This document shows positions 14,240-27,800 of a DNA stretch of 64,000 nt, one piece after another. How positions within the stretch are numbered: the stretch's first letter is position 1; the number at the start of each line of letters is the position of its first letter. This stretch comes from Eledone cirrhosa (taxonomy: Eukaryota). The notes beneath the pieces were generated by a model, which worked only from the letters and a program-made list of their open reading frames with translations, ran no database searches and was not told where the DNA came from. The position numbers were made by a program, and so were the translations under genes. The DNA lies in assembly GCA_964016885.1 (NCBI GenBank), contig OZ024743.1:34968001-35032000 (forward strand). The letters run 5' to 3'.

Positions 14240-15084
14240 GGGGGGGGGGGGGGGTCTATAGTAAATCCACATTGGCTCCTGAGCACATGTCATTTCTCTT
14301 GACTTCTACACTCACAACCTGTCCACATTGTGCTACAAAGGTGACAACAGACCAGGAGTTATTATCTCTACTGATACCCCTGGTTTCATCCTTGTATTGC
14401 AATGGCTAATGTATTGTGGTGTGAGATCATTGGTAAGTTTGTGTCACACTATTTCTGCTTGTCACTTTATCTCACTATTGGTCTTGAATACCAAGTAGAA
14501 CCTTTCATATGATTTTCCATAGTTAATGGACATCACACTGGTCTATACAATGGGAAGTGTCTCCATGAGTTGCTCCTTAGGAAAGCCATTATCACTACTA
14601 ATACTTCCCCCTACTTTTCTTGAAGCAAAGACAACATGTCACTTTTCTCCTTGTCTACTCTTATATTAAATCCTCAGGCAAGGATGAGAGGTTAGCTTTA
14701 CCTTTCATTCTTACAGGGTTGATAAAATAAAGCACCAGTATTTTAGAAGCAACTCATGGAGACACTTCCCACTGTATAGACCAGTGTGATATCCATTAAC
14801 TAGGGAAAATCATATGAAAGGTTCTACTTGGTATTCAAGACCAATAGTGAGATAAAGTGACAAGCAGAAATAGTGTGACACAAACTTACCAATGATCTCA
14901 CACCACAATACATTAGCCATTGCAATACAAGGATGAAGCCAGGGGTATCAGTAGAGATAATAACTCCAGGTCTGTTGTCACCTTTGTAGCACAATGTGGA
15001 CAGGTTGTGAGTGCAGAAGTCAAGAGAAATGACATGTGCTCAGGAGCCAGTATGGATCTACAAGTACTATAGACCCCCCCCCCC
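14240..15084. repeat. Long inverted repeat: arms ~14240-14574 and ~14748-15084, spacer ~173 bp
   Basis: The arms are reverse complements with few mismatches, bounded by a G run and a C run. Confidence 0.95.
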
Positions 15085-18000
15085 TCCTCCAAACCACAGA
15101 GTCAATGTGGAGTTGTGTCCTGTCATATGTGCAGAAACAAAAAAATATGAAGCCAGTGATGTAAGCAGAAAAAACAGCTGTTACATATATGGCAGTCAGA
15201 ACCACTTAATAACCTTTTGCTCTGAGAAATTAGAAAAGCAAAGAAAGAGAATGGTGGCACACAACACAATTGTTGTTGTAAGGTTTTTAACTAATGACCA
15301 TGTGATTGGCAACACATTGCGTTAACCACACAGTCATAGTGTGGTTAAATAAATGACAACTGGAATTTGAAGCAACCTTTTTGGTTAAGTGCTCTAGTGC
15401 ATCTGCCAACTATGCTACCAGTAACTAGTTTGAAAACATAAATTGAAACATCTAACAAGATCACATTTATTTTGCTCTATTTTGTGTGCTACCTAGCAGA
15501 AATCTTGGCAAACATCCAGCTTACTAATATATACTGTTGGTTACTTATGGGAAGATTTAGTGTAAGAAATCATGAAGTGACTTGTACAACATGATTAGAT
15601 TATATAAACAAAGACAGTATATTACTAGATTTACTAGATAGTTCAACAGCAATATGTCTTGGGCTCAAAATAGAATCTTGGTTATGAAGAGAACAGGAAA
15701 ACACTGGGTATATATGTAAACATTGTAACAGTAATAGCAGAAACACAAAATTGATAACAGTAAGAAAGTGCAAATGTAATGATTCAGATATATAAATTTT
15801 ACTGCTGCAATAGAATATTTGTATAAAATACAGTCAATTTCAATTAGCATAATAGTTAACAATTATAAGTTGAAAAGCTAGTGGGTATTATCACCATCCT
15901 CCTAGCCATTACCACCACCACCACCATCACCATCATCATCATAATTAGTTTCTTTATAATTTCTAAATTATGATCCAAGAATTAAAAATTTCTTTTAAAT
16001 TTATACTCTAAGCATTACTTTCTGAATAACGCAATTGAAATTCTTCTTTTCACATTGCATCCTCTCTATTTGTGAACAAGACAGGGTTCAAATCATCTAA
16101 CTTATGATAGAGTTCTTGTAACCATGTTCTTCATAACGTAGAGTTTTGTTTCTTTAGAATCAGAAGACATGTTAATGCCCAACAGCTGATAACACACAAT
16201 AAAAGTCAAATATTAAATATAAATACTTCTTTCACATCTAAGACAGAGTATCCAGTACACACACATCTTAAATCTTATCTAGAAATATTAATATGTCAGC
16301 ATGGTAAGAAGGCATTGATTCATCAACATTCTTCAAATAACAGCCATCAGCATTCTACAACTCAGTACACTTGCCATTCTATTTCTATTCCTCTACAAAT
16401 ACTACATAAAGTTTTCAAATCTCAGGTTCAATTGAAATTTTTAAAAAACATTTATGAAAGAAGGCTCAAAATACTTTGTTTTCAGTAGAATTAGGGTTTC
16501 CACAAAATGATCATTATAATTTATATTGGAGTACTATTTCAGTCAGTTAACTACTTATATTCAATATATTGTAGGACAATATGATTGTCTGAGAAAACTA
16601 ACAATGTTAGCATATGTTTCAGTATTTGGAAGCTCAACACTAGTTGCTTCTAGTATATGGACATTAAAAGGAAGGTCTTACCCTTCTATTCTGAGAGAAT
16701 TTTCTGGACAATGTATAACACCCAAGTGATTTTGAAAGCTACAGAAATGTTAAACAAAAGCATTCTACCTTAAAAGAAATGGTCATTTGAGTCCATCGTT
16801 AATCCAGTCCTTTTCAGGTCTGAGGAAGGAGCCCATAAGATTGTAGATCTAACTCTTTTAAGAGCTGAGGAAGGAGCCCCATAACATGGAATAGCTGATG
16901 CAACAAGTATCCTTCATGTCAAAACTTTTGTTATTTTATCTGCACAGCACATCTAAGACATGCTGTCTAGCCAAAAATGTAGAGTTTGCCCCAACCCCAT
17001 TTCACTCCTCTTTTTTTCTTCTTTTCATTTTGTCATTCATAACTGAAGTTGCAGTTGTGATAGTGTAAGTAAAAACTCTATCATGCTAAAAATTAAGACC
17101 TTGTTCTACTCCTTCTTGATTAGGATTCTCAAGATTTTCAAGAATCTATCTATTCTGATTTCTTAGGCTCACGTCAGCAACTCCTCAAACATTTCATAAT
17201 TGTTACTCTTTCACATTCAACCAACATGGTAAGTATTACTGATTTATAGTGACATTGATATCATCAATGCAGTTACTTGTATTCATGATGCTAAATCTAG
17301 AAGGGTTCCACTTAAGACTTCAATCTGAGGAGCAACAGTTTTAGTATCAGCACATACATATGAAGAAAGATGATACATAGAACATTCTAAAAAATTAAAA
17401 TTTTGCATCTTGAATTTGTGGAAAGCAGCTGTTTACATAGTGCACCAAGTAAATTCAACCACTCAAGGCTGTGTTCCATAGTTCAGAAATCAGTCTAAAC
17501 CCAGTAGCTGTGTAATGCTTGAAGTAATCTAAGTGTATTTTAGAGTGTTTTTTAAATTGGTGTAGGTTGTCTTTATCAAGATAGCACATTTTGTATTGGA
17601 CCTACATGTTTGCCAAGGATAGCTACTGTTTTATTTTTAAACATGTTTTCCAGAATAATTGATCAAAAGTTAACATTGGCAGTGTCCCAGCATGGCCTCA
17701 GCTTGTTGGCTGGAACATGTAATAAAATAATAGAATAACACTCCTAGGGATGACCAAGGACTAAACACCACAAGATAAAACACATCTTGTTAAGTCCAAC
17801 CAATGCAAGCAGGGAGAATCAGACATAAAATGATGATGATAATGATGAGGATAAACAAATGTGATAATTGCTTGTAATTTTATGTGGAAAACAATCAAAG
17901 TTAATATATTCCCTACTTCTTACCTTCCCTAATTGTAGCTTTAATGTCTTATACCATTCTTTTATTTGCAAATTTTCTAACATCAATTATGAACAGAGTA

Positions 18001-18104
18001 CAGAAATATGTAAATATATAAATTAGCAAAAAAAAAAATCATCAGGATTTTGTTTGTTTTCCACATTGGCATAGGTTGAACAGGTTGTAATGGTCCAAAA
18101 CCAG

Positions 18105-18208
18105 ATGGATCAGGGTCCACATCTTGCTCATACATTTCATTTTCGGCATGGTTTCTACAGCTGAATAAGATTCCTATTGCCAACCACTTTAATGGATGTA
18201 TTTTATGA
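18105..18208 (-). mobile_element. RTE 3' UTR / RTE-tailed SINE remnant that runs into the satellite
   Basis: ggtttctacagctg...cctattgccaaccacttt matches the tail copies at 2271, 7813, 45461 and 55152-55460; cagggtccacatctt is shared with the copy near 60880. Confidence 0.75.
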
Positions 18209-18345
18209 TGGCACCAGCAATATCACTTTACATAGTATACTGGACGACACCAGCAATATCACTTTACATAGTATATTGGACGACACCAGCAATGTCACTT
18301 TACATAGTATATTGGATGGCACCAGCAATGTTGCTTTATATAGTA
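18209..18345. repeat. Detached left end of the satellite (about 4 diverged units)
   Basis: Same monomer, separated from the main array by a Helitron. Confidence 0.92.
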
Positions 18346-19238
18346 CTAGCATTAAAGCCCGGCGTTGCTCGGGGTCATTAAGTTACCAAAGTTAGGTTGC
18401 ACCACCCATTTTATGGCAGCACTTTTTTGTCTGCCAGGCACTGGGTGAATGAATTGCAGACCTGGAAGCAGGAGCTGCGCCAGCAGTGACAATTGTAGTT
18501 TCGCCTATGGATATTATCTCTGTGCAAAAAAGTGTTGAAATTTATTGTTTCACAGTACTTGCGCAACACGTGTAGACGATGCCAGCCGAACAACAGAGCT
18601 GCGATGGAGTTGTTCTGCATGGTTGTCTGTGTGTTTTCTAAATTTAAGACAGTAGGGAGGGTTGTGATATGAGGGAGAGTTAGCTGTTGTTTCTAGCAGG
18701 TTTAGTGACCTCATAGAGGATATGTGTTTTCTAAATTTAAGACAGTAGGGAGTGGTGTGATATGGGGGAGAGTTAGCTGCTGTTTCTAGCAGGTTTAGTG
18801 ACCTCATAGAAGATATGTTTTCAAAATTTAAGACAGTAGGGAGTGGTGTGATATGGGGGAGAGTTAGCTGCTGTTTCTAGCAGGTTTAGTAACCTCATAG
18901 AGAATATGTGTTTTCTAAATTTAAGACAGTAGGGAGTGGTGTGAACGGACAGTATCACCATCAAGCTTGGAAAGAGAAAGTAGCAGAAAGTATGAAGTTG
19001 TATAGATTTTGAATGGTAGTGGAAAGAGTTTAGCAGTTTAAATGACAGAAAAATCGTAAAATATTGAGTTTTATCTATTTTTTGCGTAATTGTGGGTGAA
19101 ATTGAAAAAATTATCTGCGTCAAGACGCAATCGAAACTATTTCGTTTGCTCATATGTAAATTTCCATTGAAGAAATTCTATATCGTAGATTTCTATAACA
19201 AAGGAGCATGACCACACACTGAGCTTTATAGATTATGA
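18346..19238 (-). mobile_element. Non-autonomous Helitron
   Basis: On the minus strand it starts TC and ends CTAG, sits between A and T, and has a cccgagcaacgccggg hairpin just before the CTAG. No TSD. Removing it restores a satellite monomer. Confidence 0.85.
18628..18942. repeat. ~95-bp tandem repeat (about 3.3 copies) inside the Helitron
   Basis: ttctaaatttaagacagtagggag recurs near 18636, 18729, 18820 and 18913. Confidence 0.9.
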
Positions 19239-21428
19239 TACTCGACGACACCAGCAATATCACTTTACATAGTATACTGGACGACACCAGCAATGTCACT
19301 TTACATAGTATACTGGACGACACCAGCAATGTCACTTTACATAGTATACTGGAAGACACCAGCAATGTCACTTTACATAGTATACTGGACGAAGCAGCAA
19401 TGTCGCTTTACATAGTATACTGGACGACACCAGCAATGTCGCTTTACATAGTATACTGGACGACACCAGCAATGTCACTTTACATAGTATACTGGATGAC
19501 ACCAGCAATGTCACTTTACATAGTATACTGGACGACACCAGCAATGTTGCTTTACATAGTATACTGGACGACACCAGCAATGTCACTTTACATAGTATAC
19601 TGGACGACACCAGCAATGTTGCTTTACATAGTATACTGGACGACACCAGCAATGTCACTTTACATAGTATACTGGACGACACCAGCAATATCACTTTACA
19701 TAGTATACTGGACGACACCAGCAATGTTGCTTTACATAGTATACTGGACGACACCAGCAATGTTGCTTTACATAGTATACTGGACGACACCAGCAATGTC
19801 ACTTTACATAGTATACTGGACGACACCAGCAATGTCGCTTTACATAGTATACTGGACGACACCAGCAATGTTGCTTTACATAGTATACTGGACGACACCA
19901 GCAATGTTGCTTTACATAGTATACTGGACGACACCAGCAATGTCACTTTACATAGTATACTGGACGACACCAGCAATGTTGCTTTACATAGTATACTGGA
20001 CGACACCAGCAATGTTGCTTTACATAGTATACTGGACGACACCAGCAATGTCGCTTTACATAGTATACTGGACGACACCAGCAATGTCGCTTTACATAGT
20101 ATACTGGATGACACCAGCAATGTCACTTTACATAGTATACTGGACGGCACCAGCAATGTCACTTTACATAGTATACTGGACGACACCAGCAATGTCACTT
20201 TACATAGTATACTGGACGACACCAGCAATGTCACTTTACATAGTATACTGGACGACACCAGCAATGTCACTTTACATAGTATACTGGACGACACCAGCAA
20301 TGTCACTTTACATAGTATACTGGACGACACCAGCAATGTCACTTTACATAGTATACTGGACGACACCAGCAATGTCACTTTACATAGTATACTGGACGAC
20401 ACCAGCAATATCACTTTACATAGTATACTGGACGACACGAGCAATGTCACTTTACATAGTATACTGGACGACACCAGCAATGTCACTTTACATAGTATAC
20501 TGGACGACACCAGCAATATCACTTTACATAGTATACTGGACGACACCAGCAATGTCACTTTACATAGTATACTGGACGACAACAGCAATATCACTTTACA
20601 TAGTATACTGGACGACACCAGCAATATCACTTTACATAGTATACTGGACGACACCAGCAATGTCACTTTACATAGTATACTGGACGACACCAGCAATGTC
20701 ACTTTACATAGTATACTGGACGACACCAGCAATGTCACTTTACATAGTATACTGGACAACACCAGCAATGTCACTTTACATAGTATACTGGACGACACCA
20801 GCAATGTCACTTTACATAGTATACTGGACGACACCAGCAATGTCACTTTACATAGTATACTGGATGACACCAGCAATGTCACTTTACATAGTATACTGAA
20901 TGGCACCAGCAATGTCGCTTTACATAGTATACTGGATCTAAAGCAATGTCACTTTACATAGTATACTGGACGACACCAGCAATGCCACTTTACAAAGTAT
21001 ACTGGACGACACCAGCAATGTCACTTTACATAGTATACTGGACGACACCAGCAATGTCACTTTACATAGTATACTGGACGGCACCAGCAATGTCGCTTTA
21101 CATAGTATACTGGATGGCACCAGCAATGTCGCTTTACATAGTATACTGAATGGCACCAGCAATGTCACTTTACATAGTATACTGGACGACACCAGCAATA
21201 TCACTTTACATAGTATACTGGACGGCACCAGCAATGTCACTTTACATAGTATACTGGATGACACCAGCAATGTCACTTTACATAGTATACTGGACGGCAC
21301 CAGCAATGTCACTTTACATAGTATACTGGATGACACCAGCAATGTCACTTTACATAGTATACTGGACGACACCAGCAATGTCACTTTACATAGTATACTG
21401 GACGACACCAGCAATATCACTTTACATA

Positions 21429-21893
21429 CCTCTCCAAGACAATGTCACTGGACCGAGAGCTTTGGCGGTACTCAGTAATAGAGAAGACCCGCATTACCTA
21501 AATACAAAGTAAAACCTACTACAGTCAGTAGGCATCTCTAACAAAATACACCCCCGTCCCACCACCCCCACCCCATCCACACCGCCCCTTTCAATGTAAA
21601 GTTATGTTGGTGCCACAAAATCCAGGCCGAAACAAATGAGATCGTGTCGGTGTCACGACAAAAAAACACACAGTCCACGCTGTAATGTGACCGTGTAGGC
21701 AACACGGTAAAAACGTCCCAGTCCCACAATGTAAATGTGGTTGGTGTTAGGAAGGGCATCCAACTGTAGAAAACCCGCCAGACAGTCCTATGCGAGCAAG
21801 ACAACCACTCTTGCCTCAAGTGGGAAAACTCCCGTCCAAACCCATGCAAGCATGGAACACGGACGTTAAACGATGATGATGATGATGATGATG
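21429..21893 (+). mobile_element. 5'-truncated RTE LINE (last codons, 3' UTR, (GAT)n tail), copy 1
   Basis: Encodes SKTMSLDRELWRYSVIEKTRIT*, similar to the C-terminus of ORF 54288..55151; 465 bp. Confidence 0.88.
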
Positions 21894-24800
21894 ACTGGAC
21901 GACACCAGCAATATCACTTTACATAGTATACTGGACGACACGAGCAATGTCACTTTACATAGTATACTGGACGACACCAGCAATGTCACTTTACATAGTA
22001 TACTGGACGACACCAGCAATGTCACTTTACATAGTATACTGGACGACACCAGCAATGTCACTTTACATAGTATACTGGACGACACCAGCAATGTCACTTT
22101 ACATAGTATACTGGACGACACCAGCAATGTCGCTTTACATAGTATACTGGACGACACCAGCAATGTCACTTTACATAGTATACTGGACGACACCAGCAAT
22201 GTCACTTTACATAGTATACTGGACGACACCAGCAATGTCGCTTTACATAGTATACTGGACGATACCAGCAATGTCACTTTACATAGTATACTGGACGACA
22301 CCAGCAATGTCACTTTACATAGTATACTGGACGACACCAGCAATGTCGCTTTACATAGTATACTGGACGATACCAGCAATGTCACTTTACATAGTATACT
22401 GGACGACACCAGCAATGTCACTTTACATAGTATACTGGACGACACCAGCAATGTCACTTTACATAGTATACTGGACGACACCAGCAATGTCACTTTACAT
22501 AGTATACTGGACGACACCAGCAATGTCACTTTACATAGTATACTGGACGACACCAGCAATGTCACTTTACATAGTATACTGGACGACACCAGCAATGTCG
22601 CTTTACATAGTATACTGGACGACACCAGCAATGTCACTTTACATAGTATACTGGACGACACCAGCAATGTCACTTTACATAGTATACTGGACGACACCAG
22701 CAATGTCGCTTTACATAGTATACTGGACGATACCAGCAATGTCACTTTACATAGTATACTGGACGACACCAGCAATGTCACTTTACATAGTATACTGGAC
22801 GACACCAGCAATGTCGCTTTACATAGTATACTGGACGATACCAGCAATGTCACTTTACATAGTATACTGGACGACACCAGCAATGTCACTTTACATAGTA
22901 TACTGGACGACACCAGCAATGTCGCTTTACATAGTATACTGGACGATACCAGCAATGTCACTTTACATAGTATACTGGACGACACCAGCAATGTCACTTT
23001 ACATAGTATACTGGACGACACGAGCAATGTCACTTTACATAGTATACTGGACGACACCAGCAATGTCACTTTACATAGTATACTGGACGACACCAGCAAT
23101 GTCGCTTTACATAGTATACTGGACGACACCAGCAATGTCACTTTACATAGTATACTGGACGACACCAGCAATGTCACCTTACATAGTATACTGGACGGTA
23201 CCAGCAATGTCACTTTACATAGTATACTGGACGACACCAGCAATGTCACTTTACATAGTATACTGGACGACACGAGCAATGTCACTTTACATAGTATACT
23301 GGACGACACCAGCAATGTCACTTTACATAGTATACTGGACGACACCAGCAATGTCACTTTACATAGTATACTGGACGATACCAGCAATGTCGCTTTACAT
23401 AGTATACTGGACGACACCAGCAATGTGACTTTACATCGTATACTGGACGACACCAGCAATGTGACTTTACATCGTATACTGTATGACACCAGCAATGTCA
23501 CTTTACATAGTATACTGGACGACACCAGCAATGTCACTTTACATAGTATACTGGACGACACCAGCAATGTGACTTTACATCGTATACTGGACGACACCAG
23601 CAATGTGACTTTACATCGTATACTGTATGACACCAGCAATATCACTTTACATAGTATACTGGATGACACTAGCAATATCACTTTACATAGTATACTGGAC
23701 GACACCAGCAATGTCACTTTACATAGTATACTGGACGACACTAGCAATGTCACTTTACATCGTATACTGTATGACACCAGCAATATCACTTTACATAGTA
23801 TACTGGATGACACCAGCAATGTCACTTTACATAGTATACTGGACGACACTAGCAATGTCACTTTACATAGTATACTGGACGACACCAGCAATATCACTTT
23901 ACATAGTATACTGGACGACACCAGCAATGTCACTTTACATAGTATACTGGACGACACCAGCAATGTCACTTTACATAGTATACTGGACGATACCAGCAAT
24001 GTCGCTTTACATAGTATACTGGACGACACCAGCAATGTCACTTTACATAGTATACTGGACGACACCAGCAATGTGACTTTACATCGTATACTGGACGACA
24101 CCAGCAATGTGACTTTACATCGTATACTGTATGACACCAGCAATATCACTTTACATAGTATACTGGATGACACTAGCAATATCACTTTACATAGTATACT
24201 GGACGACACCAGCAATGTCACTTTACATAGTATACTGGACGACACTAGCAATGTCACTTTACATCGTATACTGTATGACACCAGCAATATCACTTTACAT
24301 AGTATACTGGATGACACCAGCAATGTCACTTTACATAGTATACTGGACGACACTAGCAATGTCACTTTACATAGTATACTGGACGACACCAGCAATATCA
24401 CTTTACATAGTATACTGGATAGCACCAGCAATATCGCTTTACATAGTATACTGGATGACACCAGCAATGTCACTTTACATAGTATACTGGACGACACTAG
24501 CAATGTCACTTTACATAGTATACTGGACGACACCAGCAATATCACTTTACATAGTATACTGGATAGCACCAGCAATATCGCTTTACATAGTATACTGGAT
24601 GACACCAGCAATGTCACTTTACATAGTATACTGGACGACACCAGCAATGTCACTTTACATAGTATACTGGACGACACCAGCAATATCACTTTACATCATA
24701 TACTGGACGACACCAGCAATGTCACTTTACATAGTATACTGGATGGCCCCAGCAATATCACTTTACATAGTATACTGGATCTAAAGCAATGTCACTTTAC

Positions 24801-27800
24801 ATAGTATACTGGACGACACCAGCAATGTCACTTTACAAAGTATACTGGACGACACCAGCAATATCACTTTACATAGTATACTGGACGGCACCAGCAATGT
24901 CACTTTACATAGTATACTGGACGACACCAGCAATGTCGCTTTACATAGTATACTGGACGACACCAGCAATGTCACTTTACATAGTATACTGAATGGCACC
25001 AGCAATGTCACTATACATAGTATACTGGACGACACCAGCAATGTCGCTTTACATAGTATACTGGACGACACCAGCAATGTCGCTTTACATAGTATACTGG
25101 ACGACACCAGCAATGTCACTTTACATAGTATACTGAATGGCACCAGCAATGTCACTTTACATAGTATACTGGACGACACCAGCAATGTCGCTTTACATAG
25201 TATACTGGACGACACCAGCAATATCACTTTACATAGTATACTGAATGGCACCAGCAATGTCACTATACATAGTATACTGGACGACACCAGCAATGTCACT
25301 TTAAATAGTATACTGGATGGCACCAGCAATGTCACTTTACATAGTATACTGGACGACACCAGCAATATCACTTTACATAGTATACTGGACGACACCAGCA
25401 ATATCACTTTACATAGTATACTGGACGACACCAGCAATGTCGCTTTACATAGTATACTGGACGACACCAGCAATGTCACTTTACATAGTATACTGGACGA
25501 CACCAGCAATATCACTTTACATAGTATACTGGACGACACCAGCAATGTCACTTTACATAGTATACTGGACGACACCAGCAATGTCACTTTACATAGTATA
25601 CTGGACGACACCAGCAATGTCACTTTACATAGTATACTGGACGACACCAGCAATGTCACTTTACATAGTATACTGGACGACACCAGCAATATCACTTTAC
25701 ATAGTATACTGGACGACACGAGCAATGTCACTTTACATAGTATACTGGACGACACCAGCAATATCACTTTACATAGTATACTGGACGACACGAGCAATGT
25801 CACTTTACATAGTATACTGGACGACACCAGCAATGTCACTTTACATAGTATACTGGACGACACCAGCAATGTCACTTTACATAGTATACTGGACGACACC
25901 AGCAATGTCACTTTACATAGTATACTGGACGACACCAGCAATGTCACTTTACATAGTATACTGGACGACACCAGCAATGTCACTTTACATAGTATACTGG
26001 ACGATACCAGCAATGTCACTTTACATAGTATACTGGACGACACCAGCAATATCACTTTACATAGTATACTGGACGACACGAGCAATGTCACTTTACATAG
26101 TATACTGGACGACACCAGCAATGTCACTTTACATAGTATACTGGACGACACCAGCAATGTCACTTTACATAGTATACTGGACGACACCAGCAATGTCACT
26201 TTACATAGTATACTGGATGACACCAGCAATGTCACTTTACATAGTATACTGGACGATACCAGCAATGTCACTTTACATAGTATACTGGACGACACCAGCA
26301 ATATCACTTTACATAGTATACTGGACGACACGAGCAATGTCACTTTACATAGTATACTGGACGACACCAGCAATGTCACTTTACATAGTATACTGGACGA
26401 CACCAGCAATGTCACTTTACATAGTATACTGGACGACACCAGCAATATCACTTTACATAGTATACTGGACGACACGAGCAATGTCACTTTACATAGTATA
26501 CTGGACGACACCAGCAATGTCACTTTACATAGTATACTGGACGACACCAGCAATGTCACTTTACATAGTATACTGGACGACACCAGCAATGTCGCTTTAC
26601 ATAGTATACTGGATGACACCAGCAATGTCACTTTACATAGTATACTGAATGGCACCAGCAATGTCACTTTACATAGTATACTGGACGACACCAGCAATGT
26701 CACTTTACATAGTATACTGGACGACACCAGCAATATCGCTTTACATAGTATACTGGACGACACTAGCAATGTCACTTTACATAGTATACTGAATGACACC
26801 AGCAATGTCACTTTACATAGTATACTGGACGACACCAGCAATGTCACTTTACATAGTATACTGGACGACACCAGCAATGTCACTTTACATAGTATACTGG
26901 ACGGTACCAGCAATGTCACTTTACATAGTATACTGGACGATACCAGCAATGTCACTTTACATAGTATACTGGACGACACCAGCAATGTCACTTTACATAG
27001 TATACTGGACAACACCAGCAATGTCACTTTACATAGTATACTGGATGACACCAGCAATATCACTTTACATAGTATACTGGATGACACCAGCAATGTCACT
27101 TTACATAGTATACTGGACGACACCAGCAATGTCACTTTACATAGTATACTGGACGATACCAGCAATGTCGCTTTACATAGTATACTGGATGACACCAGCA
27201 ATGTCACTTTACATAGTATACTGGACGACACCAGCAATGTCACTTTACATAGTATACTGGACGATACCAGCAATGTCGCTTTACATAGTATACTGGACGA
27301 CACCAGCAATGTCACTTTACATAGTATACTGGACGACACGAGCAATGTCACTTTACATAGTATACTGGACGACACCAGCAATGTCACTTTACATAGTATA
27401 CTGGACGACACCAGCAATGTCACTTTACATAGTATACTGGACGACACCAGCAATATCACTTTACATAGTATACTGGACGACACGAGCAATGTCACTTTAC
27501 ATAGTATACTGGACGACACCAGCAATGTCACTTTACATAGTATACTGGACGACACCAGCAATGTCACTTTACATAGTATACTGGACGACACCAGCAATGT
27601 CACTTTACATAGTATACTGGACGGTACCAGCAATGTCACTTTACATAGTATACTGGACGATACCAGCAATGTCACTTTACATAGTATACTGGACGACACC
27701 AGCAATGTCACTTTACATAGTATACTGGACAACACCAGCAATGTCACTTTACATAGTATACTGGATGACACCAGCAATGTCACTTTACATAGTATACTGG

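Noticed and set aside
21860-21895. Poly-His tag-like HHHHHHH at the ends of minus-strand ORFs (also near 31115 and 36077)
   Set aside because: It is the antisense reading of the RTE (GAT)n tail, not vector sequence or protein.
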